A stretch of 20,000 nucleotides of DNA from Saprolegnia diclina VS20 (Eukaryota). Positions 8,487-20,000 of the stretch are shown piece by piece. Positions within the stretch are counted from its first letter, which is position 1. Each line of letters opens with the position of its first letter. The translations under genes and the position numbers were made by a program. Below the pieces are notes generated by a model. That model saw only the letters and a program-made list of their open reading frames with translations, had not been told where the DNA came from and searched no databases. The stretch lies in assembly GCF_000281045.1 (NCBI RefSeq), contig NW_008246142.1, forward strand, positions 86,683 through 106,682, in the 5' to 3' direction.

Positions 8487-10823
8487 ATGCAGGCGCCGGC
8501 CCCGGTTCAGATCATCCAGAACATCGTGCCGCACCTCGGCACGCAGGCGACGTCGCTCGAGAAGGTGCTGCGAACGCTCTGCGCCAAGATCGAGACGCTC
8601 GAGTCGTACATCAACGCCATGTCGAATGGCGTCACGGAGATGGACCAGCGCCTCCGCACGATCGCCCACAACATTGAAGGCTCGACAGAAGACACCTTTG
8701 ACGCAGGCAGCGTCATCCACTTCCCGCTCGAACGCAAGCTCAGCGAACGCGCGTCTTCGAACGTCGTCGACAACATTTTCAAAAAGTTTGGCGCCGGTAC
8801 CAAGGTGCGGCACCATCGACATCGCCACCACGCCAAGTTTGTCGTCGATGACGCGGTGATCCCAGACATGAGCGGGTCACGCAAGTCAGCGCCCGCGGTG
8901 GAGCCGCCACGTACGATTCTCGAAGAGGCTCGACGCAGAACGTCGTCATCGAGCGTCGATGCGGCTGCACTCAATACGGAACCCCCGGCCGCTGCGCCTG
9001 AAATCGCAACACCAGCAGCGGTTGTGTCACAGACGGCTTTAGAAGGGACGCCTCAAGTGCCATCAAATGCCCCCCCTGAAGTAGCCTCCAATGCCCCCGC
9101 TCAAGTGCCGTCGGAGCCCCACCCTCAAGCAGCCCCGAAAGACACGCCACAAGTCACGCCGCAAAACCCCTCGGACATGGTGTCTCAAGTGGTGGCGCCG
9201 ACAGACGCGCCAGTAGTCGACGCTACGTTGGGACCCAGCCTCGTCGAAGGTGACGACACCCAAGCAGCGGTGGTTGCAACGGATGCTGTCAACGCTCAGT
9301 TGACCGAGGAGATGCCCGTGGATGATCGCACAGCGCCGTCTGCTCTCGAAGACAATGCACCCGCGGCGCCAACGACTGCGCCTCTCACTAATCCACCGCC
9401 CCCCGCACTGGACGAAGCTGCCATGGCGACCGACCCTTCGAGCGTTCTGGAGAGCGATGTTCCGCGACTCGAGAGCGCCGTTGCGGCACCTCACCCACGG
9501 GTGGATCCCAGCGAAGTAGAGTCCCCGCTGTCGGTCGCATTTCCACTGCAGCGGTCGCAGACGGTGCCCCCCATGCACATGGATGCGCAGTTGACGGTGG
9601 GCCTTGTGCTTGTGCGCACTCACTCGGCACCCAAGGTGGCGCATATCAAAGCAGCACCCGTTCTCAGTGTCAAATTCAATACGACCCCGCAGACGACACC
9701 GTCGCCAGCACCGGTGCCGGCCACTGTCACGTCACCAAAAGGGGGTAGCACCACCACCGGGGGTCTCCCCCGGGTGCGGTCCAAGCAAGGATCGATGCGA
9801 CGCCTCCCATCGTCCAAGCGCAACACGGTTGAGGTCGCGCCACGCAACGATCCGCCCCTCCAACCGATCGACCCCAAGAGCGAAGAGAGCGGCAGCGATA
9901 GCTACAGCGACGATGACGTTGATGTCGTCTACAATGCAACGCCACCGTCGACAACTGACGCCTTGTCGCGCGAGGAGATTGCACGTCGCAAGGCGCTCGG
10001 TCAGGCCGCGTGGGAGAAGCTGCGCAAGAAGCAATTCCTTCTGACGAAAGTCAAGGGGGTAGGGTCTCTCATGGTTGCCCACCGCTTATGAAGTTTGGGC
10101 AATAGAACATTCTGACGACCAAGAAGAAGGACGTCTTTACGGTCGCGCGACGGCTTGAGATGCTCGAGAAACACTCCAAGGTACTAGTCGATCTCGGTCG
10201 CCACGCTAATATAAGTGGAACAAACTAGGAACTCTTTGCAGGTTCCAAGCAGGTGCTCGGCCCATGTTTGCTTGCATCGACACCACCGTGTCGATAGTTT
10301 ACTCTCGAGTTTCAGAACACCATTGCCGATCTCACGACGCGTGTACAATATTGTCTATAGTCCACACGAGCCTTGAAACACGCAACGTAGGTGCGGTCCG
10401 AACTCGCTGCCAAAGCCGACGCCACGTCCCTTCTCTTCTTGAATCAGCTCCAGAACGACGCCGAGCGCTCGATACGCAGTCTCATGGACGATATTGCAAG
10501 TCTCAAAACGACCAAAGCCGATCTTTCGTACGCCGCAATCCCAGTTAAAGGGTTGAATCCAAAGCTATGTAGCGCGGTCGAGGCCAAAGAGAGGCGCACC
10601 AAAGACGCCATCGACAAACTCACAAAAGACCTCGAGGTACTTTTGCGCATTTTTGTATTTTGACTTTGGACAAAAATGGCTGACAAAATTCTACGAAATG
10701 TGTACTATAGTCGCTCCAACGCAAGCTTGGTGTGATGAGCGTGAGCTACGGCACCGAGTTTGCGTCGCTTGAGGCGCGGCAGACTACGTGGAAGAAGGAA
10801 GTGGATGCCCAGCTGCTCGTACG

Positions 10824-10922
<99 letters not shown>

Positions 10923-11597
10923 NNNNNNNNNNNNNNNNNNNNNNNNNNNNNNNNNNNNNNNNNNNNNNNNNNNNNNNNNNNNNNNNNNNNNNNNNNNNNN
11001 NNNNNNNNNNNNNNNNNNNNNNNNNNNNNNNNAATCGGCGGTGGCTCAAGCGCAAAGCCGACGTAAAAGCACTGCACGAGTCGCGTCTATCCTACTATCC
11101 ACTTGGAACAATGGATCGATCCAATCGAGTAGGTTGGAAGAAGCCATTTTGCACCACAAGGCCAAGGAAGATGGCATCTGCATCGCACGTTGCTTGTCGT
11201 GCCACAAAGAAGTGACCGAGAACCCGGCCGAGAAGAGCGACGACGAGGACGCTACCGCCGACGACCCTGGTCTTCTCAAGAAAATCAATCCGAGCGTACA
11301 CGCTTCAAAAGCAAGTGGCATTTGTATCTATCCATATGTGATCGGAACTATCCGGGATAGGTCTATCGAAGTAATGTGCCGCTGCATGCGACGCTGCAGC
11401 ACCTCGAGACGGCGACGACAGAGGCGCCCGCGTCCCCTGGCCCCTTTCGGTAGGTCCCTTCAAGTGACTCCTAGAACCACGTTGACAAGGAGCTCTTTTT
11501 CAGGCCACTCAACTTGGTGGCGGGCAAGAAGGTGCTCAAGGCACGACCTGGCACCGCCCCGATCCGTGCCAAAGGAAACAAAAAGCCCGATACGTGA
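8487..11597 (+). CDS. Large multi-exon protein: Pro/Ala/Thr-rich low-complexity N-half, coiled-coil region with repeated KAD motifs and a C-terminal RCLSC motif (tentatively QRICH2/C16orf96 DUF4795-like)
   Basis: Frame-consistent exons 8487-10058, 10106-10180, 10229-10252, 10298-10342, 10391-10527, 10573-10636, 10711-10818, [gap]-11079, 11133-11295, 11361-11449, 11504-11597. Segments: ELAAKAD, LKTTKAD, LKRKAD, IARCLSCHK, ending RPGTAPIRAKGNKKPDT*. The start and the exons around the gap are uncertain. Confidence 0.7.
9051..9170 (+). repeat. Imperfect 24-nt (8-aa) coding tandem repeat
   Basis: cctcaagtgccatcaaatgccccc / cctgaagtagcctccaatgccccc / gctcaagtgccgtcggagccccac, then decaying copies. 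Encodes PQVPSNAP-PEVASNAP-AQVPSEPH-PQAAPKDT-PQVTPQNP. Confidence 0.7.
10824..10922 (+). repeat. Perfect (TCTA)n / (GATA)n tetranucleotide microsatellite, about 25 units visible, running into a gap
   Basis: Uninterrupted tctatcta... from 10824 to 10922, directly after the splice donor GTACGT at 10819. Confidence 0.99.
10923..11032. other. Assembly gap (110 N)
   Basis: Run of N abutting the microsatellite. Confidence 1.
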
Positions 11598-11924
11598 AAT
11601 CTACGAAATCGAGTGTCAAATTGTGTCTTATGATACTAGTCTATCATTACGATTCCTTGGGAAAGGCGTGACGTCGGTCCGTGTGGTGGGACCGACATCA
11701 CGGGATTGCGCGTAGCAATACTTAGTAATGCTGTACAAAGGAGTACCAATATCCCATGTCGTTGCTCCAGGGTAGCCGCCACGAAAGTAACCAGGGCTGA
11801 AGATGGTCAAGAATGCTCTTCCACGAAACCATCGACGACGACCGAGATAGAGACGATGTTTCTAGTCGACCGATACACGTTTCGTCAAGTTGTACATGGA
11901 ACCGTAGGAGACAAAATTAGCCGC

Positions 11925-13727
11925 ATGGGCAACCGACCGCAGCCGCCGCGCCTGGCCGTCTCTGCGCGGCGCGTGATCCGCACGATGGTCTTTCTGCAGC
12001 ACTTGGTTTCGGCGCTCTACTTTGTCATTCTCTCGGTGCTCTACTACAACGCGTCGAGCGTCGACGTCCTCGTGCTGCAGGGCAGCTACATGCACCTTTC
12101 GGCTGCGGTCTTTCTTTGCATTGGCATCCTCAACGTCTATGCACTGCTGCGCAACGCGTGTCGGCGGCCACGGCGCTATCAGATCCTCCAGCGCTTTAGC
12201 CCGCCATGGACGACGCTCCTCTCGGCCAACTCGTACATCATGCTGTCGCATTTTGTCGAAGTCGGCTGCGAGAGTTACTTTGCCTACCTCCTCGCCGACT
12301 CGATTGTCCAGCAACACGTGTCGTGTCTCTACGCCATGGTGCTGAGCGCCAACTGTCTCTTCACGCCCTACGTCGTCTTCGTCTCGGACGTGCGGCTCAA
12401 GACGCTCCTCGTCGACGTGATCGACTGCTTCCTTGGCTTCCTCCTCGGCACGTGCTTTCCGCTGGTGTATTTTCTGCTGCCGCTTCTGATGTACAGCTTC
12501 TTCGGCAATGGGTTTCAAGACAACGACTTTGACTGGCACGTGCGCTTCATTCCACCGGCGCGGCTTCTCATTACGTCGTCGCTCTTGCACCTGTTTGTGT
12601 TGGCGATGCCCAGCGTCGTTACGTGGTGCACGCTTCGCCGTGTCACCCGCGTCGTCAACTCGACGTGGCGGCTACGACATCGAACGTCGGTGGCGCCAAC
12701 ACGCCTCTTTGTGTCGCCGACGCTCGTGCAGTCGTTCTCGACGATCAACGCGGTCGTCGAGCGGCCGCGGACACTGCGCAACTTGGTTGTTGTCTACAGT
12801 GTCTGGGGCCTTCTTGTCGCAGGAACGTCGATCTACGCGACCTTTTTACGACCGCAGAGCTGCCCGACCGGGTGCGTGTATGCCGCCGCACCGTGGTTTG
12901 GTGGAGCGTGTCATTGCCTCTACTTCAAGCTCAACTGCGTCGCGCAAAAGATCGACAACAGTACGCAAGTCGACAGGTACCTGAACGGGCTGGGCGCGCG
13001 CGTCCTGTATTTGCATGTGCAGCAGTGCGCCATCCCGATGGGCCTCAATGAAGCCACGTTGCAGCAGTTTCCCAGCCTCTATGCCCTTCGTCTCGAGATG
13101 ACGCAGCTGCGGGCGTGGGACATACCGAGCAGTGCGCTTCCGGCGACGCTCATGCGGTTTGAAGTGCGATACAGTGCGCTCGCGACAGTGCCGCAAATTT
13201 TACTCGAGCCCGCGGCCAGCCTCAAGTGGGTCTACCTCATTGGCTCAAAGCTACACGACGTACCAGACGACGTGGTGTGGCGAGATCTGATATCGATCTG
13301 GCTCAGCGAAGGCAGCTTTACACGCGTACCGCCGCCCCTTCTGCGCTTGGACGCGATGCGGGTTTTGGCCATGGACCGCAACCAGATCACGTCACTACCT
13401 GACGATATGGCGGCGAGTCTCCCGGGTCTCTTGTGGCTCTACATGGAGAGCAATGCGCTAGTGAAGTTTCCCGCGTCGCTCGTGACATCGACGCGTCACT
13501 TGTACTTTGGCGGCAACCCGATCGCAGACATTCCAAGCAACAGCTCGAGCTCCCACCTCAACATGGCCGGCTCGACATACTGCGACGCGCAAGGTCTGCG
13601 TGGCGTCGGCTGTCTTCCGCTCTGCGCCCCCGGTTGCTCGGACTTGCTTCTTCAAAATTACCTCTGTGATCTCCCATGCAACGTTTCGGCATGTGCGTAT
13701 GACACCGGTGACTGCCTCATGCCGTAG
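11925..13727 (+). CDS. Multi-pass membrane protein (about 7 TM) with C-terminal Cys-rich cap, leucine-rich repeats and a Lin-12/Notch (LNR) repeat
   Basis: Intronless ORF; ATG 11925, alternatively 11856. Seven hydrophobic segments are followed by CPTGC...PWF...CHC.....C, then LRRs (MRVLAMDRNQITSLP, LLWLYMESNALVKFP, LYFGGNPI), then CAPGCSDLLLQNYLCDLPCNVSACAYDTGDC with LNR-type six-Cys spacing. Confidence 0.88.
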   Translation: MGNRPQPPRLAVSARRVIRTMVFLQHLVSALYFVILSVLYYNASSVDVLVLQGSYMHLSAAVFLCIGILNVYALLRNACRRPRRYQILQRFSPPWTTLLSANSYIMLSHFVEVGCESYFAYLLADSIVQQHVSCLYAMVLSANCLFTPYVVFVSDVRLKTLLVDVIDCFLGFLLGTCFPLVYFLLPLLMYSFFGNGFQDNDFDWHVRFIPPARLLITSSLLHLFVLAMPSVVTWCTLRRVTRVVNSTWRLRHRTSVAPTRLFVSPTLVQSFSTINAVVERPRTLRNLVVVYSVWGLLVAGTSIYATFLRPQSCPTGCVYAAAPWFGGACHCLYFKLNCVAQKIDNSTQVDRYLNGLGARVLYLHVQQCAIPMGLNEATLQQFPSLYALRLEMTQLRAWDIPSSALPATLMRFEVRYSALATVPQILLEPAASLKWVYLIGSKLHDVPDDVVWRDLISIWLSEGSFTRVPPPLLRLDAMRVLAMDRNQITSLPDDMAASLPGLLWLYMESNALVKFPASLVTSTRHLYFGGNPIADIPSNSSSSHLNMAGSTYCDAQGLRGVGCLPLCAPGCSDLLLQNYLCDLPCNVSACAYDTGDCLMP

Positions 13728-14232
13728 CAAAAGGCCTCAATGCCGTAGTCGAGACAACGACAAAGGAAGATTCATCTGCTTCGTTTGCTGGTGTCAGCTT
13801 CGCTCGATCTGGGCTTTATCAATCAATGGCTGAGAACACCGGCGTGCTGTACTGTAGCACCCGTGTACCTGTAGTTTGTGTCTCTTTGGCTGCAGACATT
13901 TGGACAAGGAATATGACTTTGGCATTGTTAGTCCGTCCTTACGCCAACCACAGTAGATCCCAAATTGGCGCATTTGGCCGACGAGGTAATTCTGTCGACG
14001 ATGCTAGAATGCGAGACGTGCCGCCCCATCGGGCATCGGACTACTAGTATGAAGCGCTTTGACTCTGTAGTCCAGCCTGTCGAGGTTCGAGCCCCTGCAA
14101 TCTACGCCAATCTACGTAGAAGTCGATCGGTGGTGCGCTATTATAGACCTTAACGCTTAACCGATGCTATTAAAGTCGTATCCTGATCGTATCGGGTGTC
14201 ATTCGAAACGTCAACGCAAGTTATTTTTGCTC

Positions 14233-16087
14233 ATGTCGGCCGTGAGTCCTAACGTTAGCGATGACCGAGGCTGGCTCGAGACCGACGTGGTTTGGGTCAC
14301 CGGCGTTGATGTCGCGCTGCGAGGACTCGTGCTGCTTCAGCATTTTGTCACGAGTGTCTACTTTGCTGCTCTCGCACTCCTGCACTACATTGCGGCGCCA
14401 ACCGAAACCGTGCTACTTGGCGGCGCCTACATGAAGCTCTCCGCATACGTCTTTGGACTCGTCGCGCTCTTGCACGCTAGCTCGCTCGCCTGCAGCTGCG
14501 TGATTCCCGTCTCGTTGCGCTGCTACGCGCCAACAACCCGCGTCGTCACTTTGGCGCCAAATAACAAGAAACGCCCCCCCATCGTGCTCTCAGCCAACGC
14601 CCGCATCGCACTCGCCCACTTGGTCGAGGTTGCGTGCGAGACGTACGTGGCCTCCACCATGGCGCACAGCATCGTCCAGCATCGCATCTCGTTGGCGTAT
14701 GCGANNNNNNNNNNNNNNNNNNNNNNNNNNNNNNNNNNNNNNNNNNNNNNNNNNNNNNNNNNNNNNNNNNNNNNNNNNNNNNNNNNNNNNNNNNNNNNNN
14801 NNNNNNNNNNNNNNNNNNNNNNNNNNNNNNNNNNNNNNNNNNNNNNNNNNNNNNNNNNNNNNNNNNNNNNNNNNNNNNNNNNNNNNNNNNNNNNNNNNNN
14901 NNNNNNNNNNNNNNNNNNNNNNNNNNNNNNNNNNNNNNNNNNNNNNNNNNNNNNNNNNNNNNNNNNNNNNNNNNNNNNNNNNNNNNNNNNNNNNNNNNNN
15001 NNNNNNNNNNNNNNNNNNNNNNNNNNNNNNNNNNNNNNNNNNNNNNNNNNNNNNNNNNNNNNNNNNNNNNNNNNNNNNNNNNNNNNNNNNNNNNNNNNNN
15101 NNNNNNNNNNNNNNNNNNNNNNNNNNNNNNNNNNNNNNNNNNNNNNNNNNNNNNNNNNNNNNNNNNNNNNNNNNNNNNNNNNNNNNNNNNNNNNNNNNNN
15201 NNNNNNNNNNNNNNNNNNNNNNNNNNNNNNNNNNNNNNNNNNNNTGGCTGCAATCCCAGTGCGCGTGCGTCTACTTTCGGTTTCGCTGCGCGTCCCAAGG
15301 CATTCCGGCCTCGTCGCACGTCGATGACTACATTCGGGCAGAGACCCTTGGCGACAACCTGGCTTTTCTCCACATCCAAGACTGCGACGTGCCCCGGGGT
15401 TTGGAGAATAAGACGCTGGCGCAGTTTCCGAGTTTGTTTGGGCTTCGTCTCGAGCGGACGCAGCTGCAGACGTGGGATGTGCCGAGCGCCGTGTTTCCGT
15501 CGCTGAAGCGCATTGACATTCTGTACAGTGCTCTGACAACAGTGCCAAAGTTTCTTTCCGAGTCGGGGCCAGATCTGCGATGGGTATACATTATCGGGTC
15601 CAACATCTCGTCGCTCCCGGATGAGGTGGCTGTGACGTGGCAGTCGCTGTTTACGTTGTGGCTTCACGAGTGCAACTTGACGCAGGTCCCAGCACCGGTG
15701 ACGCGTTTGGAGAACCTTCAGTCCCTTGGGCTCACGTCCAATGCGATATCGACGATACCTGCGATGGCCTCAGTGACCAATCGTCAGCTCTCGTGGGTGT
15801 ACCTTGAATTCAACCAGCTATCAGAGGTGCCGTGGCAACTGCTCAAGGACAACCCAGCGATCGAGCTCTACCTCAGCGGCAACCCAATTGCATCACTGAC
15901 CAACGTATCCAACATTGTCGACGTCTCGGGGTCGCCGTACTGCACCTCGGAGTCGACGCCGAGAATCTGCTCGACGCTCTGCGCACCGCGCTGCTCAGCG
16001 ATGCTCCAAAACAATTTTTTATGCCAACGCGAGTGCAACACATCTGCTTGTGGGTTCAATGCCGGTAGTTGCCTTTCGAAATTCTAG
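14233..16087 (+). CDS. Tandem paralog of the 7TM-LRR-LNR protein, interrupted by an assembly gap
   Basis: 5' part LVLLQHFVTSVYF...GAYMKLSA...LAHLVEVACETY...SIVQHRIS aligns with VFLQHLVSALYF...GSYMHLSA...LSHFVEVGCESY...SIVQQHVS. 3' part TLAQFPSLFGLRLERTQLQTWDVPS...LYLSGNPI...CAPRCSAMLQNNFLCQRECNTSACGFNAGSC aligns with the paralog's C-terminus. The span across the gap (541 nt) is close to the paralog's equivalent (558 nt). Confidence 0.85.
14705..15244. other. Assembly gap (540 N)
   Basis: Run of N inside the second TM-LRR gene. Confidence 1.
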
Positions 16088-16592
16088 ACAATAATGGTTC
16101 AAGTATATCATAAATAAATGTTGTGGATAACTCTCATTTCGATAGGGTGCGACAGCGTATTTCCGGGACTTTAGTACATGGCCCATACGACAAAACGTCG
16201 TGACCGTTCGGCTGCGAAGACGAAAATGCATCATTTTCAACAAAACAATATGCGCCAGTCTGGCACATATTGTATCCCAATCCTCTGGTACTGCCATAGG
16301 ATTGGGATACTGTAGGGCGAATGTTGAAGGTAGGTGGCGCGACGAGACATCGGTATTACAACAGACATTTATGGCTGTGAGACAACCCGCAACGGCGCGG
16401 TGTCGTGCCGGCGTTGGAGGCGCCTGCCATTTGATTATCACTCCGACAGCCACAGCATTTGACACGACCCCCGGTACCATCGCGGCTACAACCACCAAAC
16501 ACTGATCAATCTCATGATATGAATCGGAATAGTGACACCAAATGACATTATATCACTGATCGTGGCAAGAGCAACGACAAAAGACCAACGCA

Positions 16593-18537
<1,945 letters not shown>

Positions 18538-20000
18538 TCAGATGAATGGCTTTTGTGAGTTAGTGGAATCGGTGAGTCATTCCTCTCGCCAAGCATGCGG
18601 TTGTCTGGCGTTGCAGCGCACGGAGCGCATGTTCGTCCACTTGAGAAGCTAAGAGAACCTGAGGTGCAAAACTCTGCTATTTGCATCGCGATTATGTACT
18701 TGAATGGTCAAATCAGAGGCTCTGGCGCTATAGCGTGATCTTGAAAACACTCCTAAGCAGTACTGCGCTTCGGACCGAGCCGATGGTTGACAAGGCAACT
18801 GATTTTAAGGACACTCGGTGTCACACATTTCGCAACTAGAAATCTACTCACGCGGGGCCGAAAGAACGTTTGGCGCTGTGATGAGTAGACTGCGCGGCAT
18901 TGCGTCTCGGCGAGATGCAGCCTTGTAGGTGCCAGTTGCTCTGAGACCGAGCACATTGGATCATCCCCTGCAACAACGAGGTGTATCTCATCTGGTTTTG
19001 TCCTCTTAATAGCCACACGTATCTCTGTGTAACAACGTACGCTGGTCTACAGTACAGGGTTAGGATTGGTATCGGGTTTGACGTGATGGCTGAGCGCAGC
19101 TAATCATAGCTCGTGCTGATTGGTTCGATGCGCTCTGAGACATGCCGCGGGGTCGCGCATAACTGTGTGGATGACAGCCGTCGCCAGTTCCTGCTCTTGC
19201 ACTTCTGTGTAGTCGCTGCTGCAGTCGGTTTTTAGTGAAGTCGAGAGTGCTCGACTGGAAATGGGTGGCAAACTCTCTTCATTGCGGAGACTCGGCACAG
19301 AAACGCGGCTGTCGGAAACGGAAGCGCGATGCCGGTGCAACCGCTCGTGTTGTGCGAGGTGCGTAAGACGTAAAGGAAGAGAGAGACCTTACGTCGAGGC
19401 AGTGATGCAAGTGTCATTGAGCAACTCATGCCGCCTGGATGGTGATCGCCCAATGACGTGGGAGGGCCGAGCGAAGAATGCGACTAGGTCATCGCGTCAG
19501 GAATTGAAAAAGATGCGGACGCAGAGCACGGACCAGAGGTATAGCAACAAAGTTCGTTGAAGCGTCGAGATTCGGTAGCCGGCAAACGTCGTCGGTGGTT
19601 CTCAAGGGCCTACCCTCAACGAGATGCAACAACGCGAGGACTGCTGGGAGCACCGGTCGCCTGGGCGAGAACGCGACCAGCTCGGTCAGCTGAAAGCGGA
19701 TGGCCCTCTTGTTCACGCTCGTGTCAACGTACCCGCTGACGAGGCTGCTTGTGACGGTCGGTGGCTCATTGGACAACAATAATAAGCTCGACTGCGGCTG
19801 ATCGAGGAGTCATTGTCGTGGTGGCAGCTACACAAGCTTTTGGAGAAAGGCCATGGCAAGGTCGAGCACCACTGAGGCACGTATGACGTTGACATCTCCA
19901 CTGATGGAAGGGAATCCAACACGAGCATGGACCTGCGACGACCTTGACTCGACTCGCAACACGAATAAGATGAGCCTGAGACGTGTTGATTTAGAGTCCT

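Noticed and set aside
10824..10922. LSIY-repeat protein or CRISPR-like array
   Set aside because: A simple intronic tetranucleotide microsatellite with no spacers; the genome is eukaryotic.
11311..11360. Possible non-canonical GC-AG intron (GCAAGT donor)
   Set aside because: A canonical in-phase GT donor at 11296 explains the splice; the two cannot be told apart without RNA data.
14704..15245. Apparent frameshift in the second TM-LRR gene
   Set aside because: The frame change occurs across an N gap of estimated size, so it is not evidence of a pseudogene.

Overview
Gene-dense eukaryotic DNA, most likely an oomycete (Saprolegniales-like). This is inferred from short 40-63 nt GT-AG introns, an INR-FPR-like core promoter, a NEDD8 ending LQLRGG, flagellar genes and multi-TM/LRR genes. 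It is not prokaryotic, so the ORF track splits or misses the spliced genes, which were rebuilt by hand. In order: two tandem Arf-family GTPases (the second has Arg in place of the catalytic Gln), ERH, a small two-TM ORF, Elongin C, TMEM17 head-to-head with IFT27, a six-exon NEDD8 tail-to-tail with UCH37/UCHL5, an assembly gap, a long spliced coiled-coil gene with an intronic (TCTA)n microsatellite, two tandem 7TM-LRR-LNR genes, a secreted GH11 xylanase-GH62 arabinofuranosidase fusion, and about 1.6 kb of uninterpreted sequence. The best leads are the GH11-GH62 fusion (fungal-like domains with a host-type intron and promoter), the 7TM-LRR-LNR proteins with apparently inverted N-in/C-out topology, and two pairs of functionally related neighbours (TMEM17/IFT27 and NEDD8/UCH37). 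All family assignments come from motif recognition by eye; no database search was run.
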